From Octopus sinensis (Eukaryota), in contig NC_042997.1 of the NCBI RefSeq assembly GCF_006345805.1, positions 26,536,001-26,600,000 of the forward strand: a stretch of 64,000 bases of DNA, read 5' to 3'. A program made the position numbers and the translations under genes. The notes under the pieces were generated by a model, which saw only the letters and a list, made by a program, of their open reading frames with translations, was not told the origin of the DNA and ran no database searches. Of this stretch, positions 1 to 10,689 are shown piece after piece. Each line of letters begins with the position of its first letter. Positions within the stretch are counted from its first letter, which is position 1.

Positions 1-250
1 CATATACATACACACACACATACACACAAAAACACACATACTCAGACACACATACATATATATACATACATGTATGTATTTGTATGTGTGTACATATGTA
101 TGTGTATTTGTAGATACAGACATAATTATATAATTGTATATATATATATATATATCTATATATGGGGTTACCATGGGTAACTTTATGGTTTGTCGTCAAG
201 ACCTGTTGGCTTATGTCATAGGTCAACAGGCTTGTGTTTTTCTAAAAACG

Positions 251-294
<44 letters not shown>

Positions 295-296
295 AT

Positions 297-334
<38 letters not shown>

Positions 335-345
335 TGTATGAGAGA
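1..345. repeat. Compound (CA)n/(TA)n/(TG)n microsatellite block
   Basis: Directly visible; explains the ORFs at 223-405 and 242-466. Confidence 0.9.
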
Positions 346-1254
346 ATGGCTGAATGAGTGGGTAGATAGGCGGTATGTAAATAGGGTTAAAAATACTTTG
401 TACAACGAAGTAGAATCTAGAATAATATTTATATTCCACGGTGTGTCTGAGTGAGTTCGTAGTCAAGTTTCACGCTTCCGCTTCACTGACTGACAGCTTA
501 AACCTCTGCGGGAATTCTACATATAGCAGGGCGACTACACTTCAAAGGCGGGGCAACGATACGGTTATACCCACATTTTCGTCAATATTACTACTTTATT
601 ACTAAAAAAAAAAATTACATAATCACAACACTTCGATGTAGCTCTGAACAAATATAATTTTACTCTACTTCACAGTATCGAGTTATCTGTTTCGCTTACC
701 TGCACTCATGTAGACATCACACAGACACATATATGTATACATAGATACATAGATAGATACATACATAGGTACATATATACATATGTACATACATACATAC
801 ACGCACACATACACGCACATGTATATGTATGTGTATGTATATCCTCTATTTATCTGTACTCTAATGGAGTAAGCTGCTTATTGATTAGGTATGTAGCAAT
901 TACTAAAAGTACTAAAAGAAAGCAAGTATTTAAGGGTTGACCATCTGGAAATATTTTTATAAATGCATGTGCATTGAATTTCGTAACTCCAATGTGTAGC
1001 AAATTTACATATTCATTGCATTTACTGCGTCCAATGCTGCACAAATTTAAATATTCATTTTCAAAGTCTCTCACATGTTTTCATTCCAAGTTTTAATGCA
1101 CTATTTGGAAGACTGACAATTTATTCTATTCATTTATGCATAATGCAGAAACATTATTTATTGAATGAAATTCTTTTAAAATACTCGTAGAATTTTTGTA
1201 AACAACATTTAAAAGTAATCCTGTTGTTATGGCTGTTTGGAACGCTTTACAATA

Positions 1255-1562
1255 ATAACTATCTGTACCGATTTTGGCCATTTTCCTTTTTAACTTAAAA
1301 TCCATGGGAGGAGCCTTTTGCTAAAAAATAAAAAAAACAAAGCAAATTGTAAATATTTTCAGAGGAACATTTCAAGAGAGGTTTCGCTGTTGTTTCTAGC
1401 ACAACCCAAACCACCCTTCTTTCTCACTCCCAAATGTACTGATGTCTTTTCAATATTTTTCTCACATTAAACATATTTTATGGAAGTAGCACACGCGTGG
1501 TCCATAGTTGAAAGAAAATAAAAAATAAATTCTAATCTAAATTTTTACCACACCTGACCAAG
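1255..1562 (+). mobile_element. Left arm of a diverged inverted-repeat pair (probable non-autonomous DNA transposon sequence)
   Basis: ttctagcacaacccaaaccacccttc...atgtactgatgtcttttcaatatttt aligns with the reverse complement of 2343-2612. Confidence 0.5.
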
Positions 1563-1635
1563 CGAAGCCCTGTGTGTGCGTGTGTAGGTAAATATTTTCG
1601 AACCGAATAGTATGCTATTAAAATGAAGTTTCGTT

Positions 1636-2059
1636 TACTCTTACTCTTTTACTCTTTTACTTGTTTCAGTCATTTGACTGCGGCCATGCTGGAGCACCGC
1701 CTTTAGTGGAGCAAATCGACCCCGGGACTTATTCTTCGTAAGTCCAGTACTTATTCTATCGGTCTCTTTTGCCGAACCGCTAAGTGACGATGACCTAAAC
1801 ATACCAGCATCGGTTGTCAAGCGATGCTAGGGGGACAAACACACATACACAAACACACACACATACACACACATATATATATATATATACATATATATGA
1901 CAGGCTTCTTTCAGTTTCCGTCTACCAAATCCACTCACAAGGCATTGGTCGGCCCGAGGCTATAGCAGAAGACACTTGCCGAAGATGCCACGCAGTGGGA
2001 CTGAACCCGGAACCATGTGGTTGGTTAGCAAGCTACTTACCACATAGCCACTCCTGCGC
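1636..2059 (-). mobile_element. tRNA-headed SINE, family A (head GCGCAGGAGTGGCTGTGTGG), full length
   Basis: A-box-like TGGCTATGTGG and B-box-like GGTTCAGTCCC on the minus strand, internal (CA)/(TA) tract, (GAGTAAAA)n-type tail; near-identical copies at 14417, 34441, 53519. Confidence 0.9.
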
Positions 2060-2154
2060 ATAACTTTTTTTTAAAATCAACAACAAAGATCATACAGAAG
2101 CAGTTAGTTTCACTTCAACATTTAAATTTCATTTGTGTCAAAACATTTTCGTTG

Positions 2155-2280
2155 CTTTGAAACCGCGACCTATTCACTGAGAGAACTTCGAGCAGCATCA
2201 CTTTTGGGAAGTTTTGTCAGTGAACAGGTGGCATCATTTGGGGAAGTTTTGGTCAGTTGAACCGGTCGCGGTTTTCAAAG
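2155..2280. repeat. 126-bp hairpin/MITE-like element
   Basis: CTTTGAAACCGCGACCTATTCACTGA...TCAGTTGAACCGGTCGCGGTTTTCAAAG forms imperfect terminal inverted repeats; interior has a tandem GCATCA...GGGAAGTTTTG(G)TCAGT(T)GAAC unit. Confidence 0.65.
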
Positions 2281-2342
2281 TGCCAGTAATACCAGCACTG
2301 ATCTTCTCAAGATCTCCAAAATTTTAATTTCTAAGCAGAAAC

Positions 2343-2612
2343 AACCAAGGTCAGGGAGTAGGGTTGCAAAAAATTCACAACTTCTCAAAGTTTCTTTTTT
2401 ATAGATTATAAATGTATTTCTGAGGAAAAAGTATTGAAAAACATCAATACATGCGAGAGTAATAAAGAAACAAGGAGGGTTGTCTTTGGATGTGCTAGAA
2501 CTCACTTTTTCCCATGAAAATGTTAACAATTTTAAAAAACCTTTTTACCGAAAATACTCCTCCGTTTTGAAGTGAAAAAGAAGAGTTGACCAAAATAGTT
2601 CCGGAGAGGGAT
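2343..2612 (-). mobile_element. Right arm of the diverged inverted-repeat pair
   Basis: Reverse complement aligns with 1255-1562 (ttctagcac, tgatgt-tttcaata, ggaggag, attttgg-ca blocks in the same order). Confidence 0.5.
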
Positions 2613-3116
2613 GAGGCAATGGGCTATAAAAAGCAAAGAGTTTTCAAAACTTTTTTCATACAAGATGCCCCCCACCCAATCATTTCCAAGGCTGTAGTTT
2701 AAAAAAATCGAACGGGGAAAATCCTCCGAAAAATTTTCCCCACAAAATTCTAAATAATCGCAGTCTACACCGTTTGAAAAGGATTTATTAAGATTTTCAT
2801 CAAAGGATAGCCATTTTCCTGAACGTTATGAAGGTAAAAATGTCAGATCGCGTAAATTTTCTAAAACTTCTCTCTCCAAGCCTCCGGCAAAATTCCTTCC
2901 CATAAAGCTCTATATACTCTAAAACTACAACACCTAAGCGGTAATTATAGAGAATTTTGTTAAAAAGTATCCATTTTTCTGGATGTCATAAGGCAACAAA
3001 CTCGGGGTTGTATGCATCTGTAGTAATGCCCTTTTATTTATACGACTCTTTCATTTCATGTTTATTTTATTCATTGTTTGCTATGTTCTACCTCTCTTCT
3101 CTCTCTCTCTCTCTTT

Positions 3117-3159
<43 letters not shown>

Positions 3160-3621
3160 CAAAATTACAAATGGGCTATGTTGCTTTGAAAAGAAGGTAG
3201 AACTTGACAAATCGCTTCTCGCCCTGCTGTAGGAATAGCGTGATGTTTGAAAGAGAGAGATTATGACTGTGCTAAAATAATGAAAGCAATACTTACTAAG
3301 CATTAATATATAATACTATATTAGTAGTATTATTATATAATAATATATTAGTATTATTGTTATTATTATTTCGCTAGTGCATGCAGGTATTTTATATTGG
3401 GGAAAATTAAGAAAAAAATATATACGTATATATCTACCTCCCACTCTTCCTCCTCTCTCTCTCAGCCGCGTGTCCCCCTCCTTCTTCCTTCTTCCTTACT
3501 GCCAGCCTATAAAATTTCTTTTACACGTTGCTGCATGGGTTTTGCCATGGGCTCTTAGGAGCCTAGTTCCATTTGTTTTGCTCCGCCTCTGTTCTGTTTT
3601 TGTTTTTTCCAACGGATTTCC

Positions 3622-3714
3622 TATTTCTTCCTGAAGAGAAAGACACAATATGGTCTCATTATTCAATCGGATTTTGGTAAATTGTGCCTTTCGAAACACG
3701 TGTAGAATGAAATA
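3622..3714 (+). ncRNA. Hammerhead ribozyme, minimal type I, all core nucleotides intact
   Basis: Stem I TATTTCTTC (3622-3630) / GAATGAAATA (3705-3714, one bulge); core CTGAAGA 3631-3637; stem II GAAAGACACAAT / ATTGTGCCTTTC (11 of 12 pairs, G10.1-C11.1); GAAA 3693-3696; C-ACGT-G minimal stem III (palindrome ACACGTGT); GTA cleavage triplet, predicted cut after 3704. Confidence 0.85.
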
Positions 3715-3914
3715 AAACGATTTCTGTGCAATCTTCGTTCAGCTCCATTTCTTCAATTCACCAATAATATTTTAATTTCAATTATCCGCACCAACGCCAC
3801 GGTTGCAACACCATATGATTGTACCTCCAACCGTGCTGTCTTCTGCTGTGATTTTTGCTACCAGGGTATCGGTTAAACTTTTGATTAATCTGCTACAAGA
3901 TTATTCATCTTTCT

Positions 3915-3918
3915 ATTT

Positions 3919-3957
<39 letters not shown>

Positions 3958-4054
3958 TATATATATACACATACATATATCTATATATATATATATATAA
4001 GTATATATATATATAATATATATATTATATATATAGATATATATATATATATAT

Positions 4055-4103
<49 letters not shown>

Positions 4104-4120
4104 TATGTATATATACACGT
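3915..4120. repeat. (TA)n-rich microsatellite
   Basis: Directly visible. Confidence 0.9.
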
Positions 4121-5133
4121 ACATACATGTCTTAGTATGTAGTTATATTTAGATATTCATGTGTAAAGATATAGTACACATATGCTTAGTTAAAAAGAGA
4201 TATATTGGTTACTGATTAAAATATATCTATATATTTAATATTTTTCTTCTAATTATGCAGGTGAGTTTGTTTTTGTGTGCGTGTATGTGTAATTTTTATA
4301 CATTTGTGTACGTACGTATACTTGTATATGAAAATAGGTAACGAATATGTTTATATATCGAAATATACAAGCTACATTCGCTTTTTCTTATCTACAAATT
4401 ATAATTATTTTAGTAATTCATTAATTATTTATATATCGCCAATTTTATATCATTTATAGATAGAATGACATTTAATTATTGGAATGAAGACGAGAATCAG
4501 GCGACTGTTGGACAAAATACCTTACAGACTTCGATCTAAGCTCCAATCCTAGCAGTATCGAATTTTATTGTGTTTTTTTTTCCTCTATAAACGTGTGATC
4601 AATGTCACAAGTACTGAGTGGGTACCGATATCAATTCAATCGGTTATAAAAGGTGATTTCGCGGTGGCAAAAGCAAGAAATCGTTTCGTAAATATATGTC
4701 TCTGACCGTTCCAGCAACCTGCAAAATTGTTTTTTTTTTCGACAAACGATTTCGATTTCCTATCAAATCCCGTCCAAGAATATGCAAGAAATCAGTTTAC
4801 ATGGCCCTTGATGTAAGAATTAATATAGGGTTGGATAAAATACTTTGTGGTATTCGATTATGTAAATACATATTCTGAGTTGAAGTCCAGTGTGTGTCGA
4901 ATTTCCGACGTCGATAAAATAATTATTAGGGTTGTCTTACAAAGTTTTATCCCATCATGGCTACATTGCTACAACTGAAACTATTGATGTATGTATATAT
5001 AGCCATATGTATACGTATGTGTTCATACATACTCGCACATATATACATTCATTCACACGTGTTCATACATACTCGCACATATATACATGCATACACACAC
5101 GTACATGTATACGTATACACTATATGAAAAATT

Positions 5134-5447
5134 GTACGCACTCTTGTTTTCGTGATTTATTAAAACACAAAGCAGGGGGTTGAACAATTACATCATTTTT
5201 CAAAATAGTTTCCTTGATTTTCGACGCACTTCTTCCATTGGTGCACAAACTTTCCGATTCCATCAGAGAGGATTTTGCTTAGTCTCACAACCGTACGCAC
5301 TCTTGTTTTCGTGATTTAAAACAAACAAAGCAGGTTGAACAATTACATCATTTTTCAAAATAGTGTCCTGATTTTCGACGCACTTCTTCCATTGGTGCAC
5401 AAACTTTCCGATTCCATCAGAGAGGATTTTGGCTTAGTCTCACAACC
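5134..5447. repeat. Tandem duplication (~159 + ~155 bp) of the mariner 3' end
   Basis: GTACGCACTCTTGTTTTCGTGATTT...CTTAGTCTCACAACC occurs at 5134-5292 and 5293-5447 with few differences. Confidence 0.9.
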
Positions 5448-6400
5448 ATTAATGCACCGCTTCCTGCGCTTCTTCGTCCGTAGCAAACTGACGATCTTGT
5501 AGAGGCTGTTTGAGCAATCAAAACAGATAATAGTCGGAAGGGGTTCGATCAAAACACTAAATAGGGTGTTCCAGCAACTGGAAACCCAATTCTTCAATGG
5601 GTTCAACGGTGTGGGTTACCATTTGTGGGCGTGTATTGTGGTGTAACAATAACACTTGACTTGACGCTATATCTTGGTGTTTGATGCGAATTGCTTGCAT
5701 TAGTTTCTTGTCCAGTATCTCACTGAGAACCTATACTGGTGACTGTAGACGTCTTTTTCAGATAATACTCCAGAATAGGCCCTTTTACGTTCCCAAAAGT
5801 GGCTAGCACTACGGAAGGCTGAAATTTGAATTTCTTTGTAGCTGGCAATTCCGGGTGTTTCCACTTCATTCTCTTTTAGATTCTGGATCTAGATCTCAGC
5901 TGATTATTTTCTCCCCCCCCCCAAAAAAAAGGTTTCACCTTCATCGTTGTAGCGCTCGAGTAAGACATGACAAATCTCACCAGTATTGTGTTTGTGCGCT
6001 TCGGTAAGTTCTTTTGGCATTCATCTCGCACAGACTTTACGAAAGCGAAGCTAGTCGTGATAATTTCGAAGGCAAAACCGTAACAAATTTGTAAAGTTTA
6101 TACCACATTTTCGTTGGTCACTCGTCGGTTAGTTAGATCCATCTCTCAAGCTTGCTGAATCTTCATGACAGTGGTGGATGTTCGTGGGTGTCTTGCTCCG
6201 AACTCGTGCGTGAAGCTTATCCAGCCATCTTATAATTCTTTGATCCACTCATGTACACATCTATGCGGTAGAATACTCTCCGTCCTACTGTACTGAAAGC
6301 CTGTGATGAAATTCAGTCCCTAACGCACCTTTAGACCAGAGAAATTAGATCACTAGTCTCTATGTTCTTCCTTGGTGCACACAGCCAAACTACTAGGGTA
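5134..6400 (-). mobile_element. Decayed mariner transposon (irritans-like transposase pseudogene)
   Basis: Minus-strand translation with stops and frameshifts: FLWSKG..., LRFRKVCAR*MPKELTEAHK...LLERYNDEGE, and C-terminal PSDYYLF...RQFATDEEAQEAVH*WL...SDGIGKFVHQWKKCVEN. Confidence 0.85.
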
Positions 6401-6882
6401 CCACTTAGCACGCGTGCGCTGAAGACAGTGCAGCAAACCTAAAGAAAGTTTTGGTCAAAGTGCATATAAAGTCTGACATTCCCACTTACATGCATGCACG
6501 CATACACATGATACCTTTGCTTGGTTAGAATGTAAAAGTGATAGCGCTTGACTTACAAATATTGCTTTTTCTCAGATACAGATATTGCAAACAGCTCAAT
6601 TGTCGCATGTTGTAAGCAAACGTCTAAGTTACCCGTGTTAGGCATCAATGAGTCATTTTATTTGCAGATGATTGTGGAATCTGTATTGCTGCCGTAAAAA
6701 GAAAGCTGGCAAATCACTTTTCAAGCAATCTAGGTATTAGGAGATATCAATATGCGTCCTAGAAGAAACACATTTTTGTCAGACTAGGGTGTATCGGCGT
6801 ATTCTGAGCACATATATGATCAATCTTCTAAATCGTTTTACGACTGGTAGACATTGTCACGTTGAATGGAAAAGCTAACACT

Positions 6883-7032
6883 TCGTGGAGGAATTCGAAC
6901 AAAATCGCATCGAATATGACCAGTTGCCAGGCAACGTCAAATTTAATGGACAAGCTAATTTAAACGGATAGAAAAACCTTGCTCTAGATTGTTCATCGTG
7001 GAGGAATTCGAACAAAATCATATCGAACATGA
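6883..7032 (+). repeat. 37-bp direct repeat, 113-bp period
   Basis: TCGTGGAGGAATTCGAACAAAATC identical at 6883 and 6996, extending to 37 bp with 3 mismatches. Confidence 0.8.
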
Positions 7033-7194
7033 AGAGCTCAAGTCGTTCGTAAGAAAGTTGAAGTGAATTTCTATGAGTGTGCTGGTGCGCAGTCCAATCT
7101 TACATGTAACGAGCGTTTGCATATCAGTCTAAGTAAGGCAAGCCTTAGTAGTCGTCAGAGTAGCTACGAATACAGCCAAGGTACAGTATATATT

Positions 7195-7490
7195 GTGAAG
7201 GCGCAATGGCCTAGTGGTTAGGGCAGCGAACTCGCGGTCGGAGGATCGCGGTTTCGATTCCCAGACCGGGACTTGTGTGTATTTATTGAGCGAAAACACC
7301 TGAAGCTCCACGAGGCTCCGGCAGGCGGTGGCGACCCCTGTTGTACTCTTTCTCTCCAACTTTCTCTCACTCTTTCTTCCTGTTTCTTGAGTAACGCTGC
7401 GATGGACTGGGGAACACATACTCCATAGAAACCGGGAAACCGGGCCCATGAGCCTGTCTAGGCTAGAAAAGGGCGCATAAATAAATAAAA
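7195..7490 (+). mobile_element. tRNA-headed SINE, family D (head GGCGCAATGGCCTAGTGGTTAGG), tail T1
   Basis: A-box TGGCCTAGTGG, B-box GGTTTCGATTCC, tail GAAACCGGGAAACCGGGCCCATGAG then (ATAA)n; homologous to 27901, 37763, 48345. Confidence 0.88.
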
Positions 7491-9260
7491 AACACTATAC
7501 GTTATAGCATCTCTACTTTTAGGGAATGTGGAAATGAATGCGCGTCAGGTGGTAGAATGAAACATCGCCAAAACAATATTGTAATTTCTACTGCAAGAGG
7601 CGCCCTTCATTGTTGCATCTCTGTAAAAATCCATAGCATGAACGAAAATTCACATCTGTGCTGCTTATGTTTAAGGAACAATCAAGCGATGGCTTTCATT
7701 AAAAAATGAGTTGCAGCTATCATGTGTATGTATGTGCGTATGTATGTATGCATGTATGTGTGTGCATATATGTATGTATGTATGTATGTATGCATGTATC
7801 TATGTGTATGCTTGTATGTATGTTGGCATCTATGTATGCATGTATGTATATGTGCATATATGTATCTGTGTATGCATATATGCAAGAGGCATGTATGTAT
7901 ATATGTATTAAGAATATTGCTATTGTGTTTATGCCTTTTACTTTTTATCTGTTTCACCCAGAGATTATGGCCATGCTGGTGTACCTTCATGATTTATATA
8001 AAATTGTATGATTATTATTTCTCAGAATCCATTCCAAAGCTAAATTGCTAAGTAAATGTGAAATTTAATGGACACGCCACAGTGTATGTATATATGTATG
8101 TTTGTATGCATGTATGTATGTATATATGTATGTATGTATGCATGCATACATACATGCATGTATGGATGGATGGATGGATGTATATATATGAACGTATGCA
8201 TGTATGTGTGTATGTATATTTTGCATGTATATATTAATTACATGATTATCATAGAGTATATGTTTTACATTTTATCAGTTCTAGCTTGATGTTGTGGCCA
8301 TGCTGGGATACCATCACTATATTTGTATGATAATATGTTACTCGGCAGAATTTATAGCAATGGCAAATGCTTTGTACGAAAATAAAACCCTGCAACATCT
8401 ACCAGTAGATGAATCATTAAATTTCACATCAATTTTTACTGTGTTTCCCTACTTCCCCGCTCGTACCTTTAAACTTTCTTTCCTTATATTTTTATTTTTC
8501 TCTTTAGTAAAGATTTTATTTTCAGACGTTCAATATTTTCTTTAAGGTAGAATTTCGCAAATAACTTAGATCAGTGTAATTTAAACCGACTTTCTGCTTT
8601 AACCACTTACTATAACCTCTGTCTCTAGCCCCGGAAACAATTAATTTATTTTGAAAGCTGGTCAATATTCAATTTACGTATGTTCTTTTTATTCTTCGCA
8701 AATTAAACTGAGATGAAACAGTAACTTAACAAGTTTTGTATACCGCATCTTCAGAATATTCGTATTCGTTTGCCTCTTATCACTTTTCTCCTCTTCAAAT
8801 CCTGGAGACTAGCCAAAAAGAACTAACACAGCTATATTTTATATGTTAAATTACCAATTTCTGTTGAAGTGAATTTTATTTCTTTTACATCCGCAACCGT
8901 CACCGATGCTAAGCACACAATTGATGTATTTTTCGCTTCAGTTTTATTCTTAATCATTTCCCGTCTCGTGTATATATGCTACATACTACTTCAGATGAAC
9001 TTTCATGTTGCTCAAAATGGTGGCCATAACAAATTGGTCTTTATGATTTCTCCGAAATGTGTCTCGGTTCAATACCGCAAGTTGATGGATTTTGTTCTGC
9101 GTTCTCTGGGTGTCGATAAAATAAGTACACTAAAATAAATAAGTTACAATGATATAGTATAATAACCTAAAGCTCAATAGGAATTGTTTTATATATTTCG
9201 GTCAGTTAGATAACACATGTCACCTCTGATATTCTTTTCTGTCACGCATACATACATACA

Positions 9261-9296
<36 letters not shown>

Positions 9297-9425
9297 TACA
9301 CAGGAAGATAGATACAGATATAAATAGATATACATATATGTACGTATATATACATACATACACATACATATATATGTATATACACATACACACGCACACA
9401 CCGATATATGCTGGTGTGGAATGAT

Positions 9426-9476
<51 letters not shown>

Positions 9477-9692
9477 TGTGTACGAGATTTATACTATTGG
9501 ATGATTGAATGATACATATCCATCCATGCAACATCCATCCATCCATCCATCCAACAAGCCACCAATCCGTATACATACATATTATGCATGCATATATGCG
9601 TGTGCGTGTACGATTATATATATATACCTGTCCATCTATCTATTTTTCTATCTAACTATATATCAATCACAGCATCATCTAATGATATATAT

Positions 9693-9738
<46 letters not shown>

Positions 9739-10004
9739 TATACATATGTATGTATGTATGTATGTATGTATATATACATACACATATATAAAGTACGGTT
9801 TTGGTATTGTTTGTAATCCCTGGAGCGAAATATACCAATACGTGTAACAGTAATTAAAGAAATATAGAACATTGAAGTTGCATATGCCACTGACAATAAA
9901 ATGGGACAAGTGTGAGCTTGGTTATATGAAATGTTGGTGATAATTAAGATAACAGTTTATTATTTTGACGCAGGACCATCAATTTTGTAGATTTGTGGTG
10001 GGGG

Positions 10005-10146
10005 TAGTTGATAATATCGACCTCGGTATTGGACTGGTACTTTAAATTACCGACCCCGAAAGGGAATTCGGCGGAAATCGTACTCAGAACGTAAGGAGCT
10101 GAACGAAATGCATGTTTACCGGTGCGCTATTTTGTAAACTCTAGCC
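10005..10146 (-). mobile_element. Diverged SINE family B remnant
   Basis: ACTGGTACTT...CGACCCCGAAAGG...TCAGAACGTAA blocks match family B copies. Confidence 0.55.
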
Positions 10147-10385
10147 TTAATAATAGTAATAGCAATCCTTTCTACTATATGTACAAGGCCTGAAATCCTG
10201 GGTTAAGTATGAAGTCGAGAAATGTTCAACTCTGAGATGGATAAATACAGTCGCCAAGCATTGTTTCGGGGAACTGATGATTCTGACCGTTCACGAACTT
10301 AAAATAAGTAACAATAATAAGCTGGGACTTTGACTTCCAGAGAGAAACGGTGTAATAGCACCGACTGCCGGATATAGTAACCTTT

Positions 10386-10689
10386 AGGGAGGACAAACAA
10401 GATTGTATAATAATTGACGTAATAGTGCCAGGAGATCAATATATTATCATGAAAGAAAGAGAAAAGAGTGATAATTATGGAGACCTGAGAATTGACATTG
10501 CTAAGATCTCGCAGCTACGGGAGTCAGACATAAAGGATGTCCCTATTATCATCGTAGCATTGGTTTCAATACTACCCAACATATAAAAAGCATCTGGAAA
10601 CTTTAGGAATACCCTACAATCTAGGTGTGTTGTAAAAATCGGCATTACTTGGAACTGCACGCATATTGCGTAAAGTGCTGTTTCCATGA
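10386..10689 (+). mobile_element. R4/Dong-type RLE non-LTR retrotransposon, 3' ORF fragment
   Basis: Translates as DCIIIDVIVPGDQYI...YGDLRIDI...VPIIIVAL...*KSALLGTARILRKVLFP*, the conserved C-terminus also seen at 16.6-18.0 and 24.7-25.2 kb. Confidence 0.85.

Noticed and set aside
695-712. Minus-strand ATG AGT GCA G|GTAAGC, a possible first coding exon
   Set aside because: Only a 10-nt exon next to microsatellite, with no promoter or partner exon visible; such matches are expected by chance.
850-1074. 74-aa ORF with an internal NEY.NL..IG repeat
   Set aside because: No recognisable family and no good splice sites; unresolved without BLAST.
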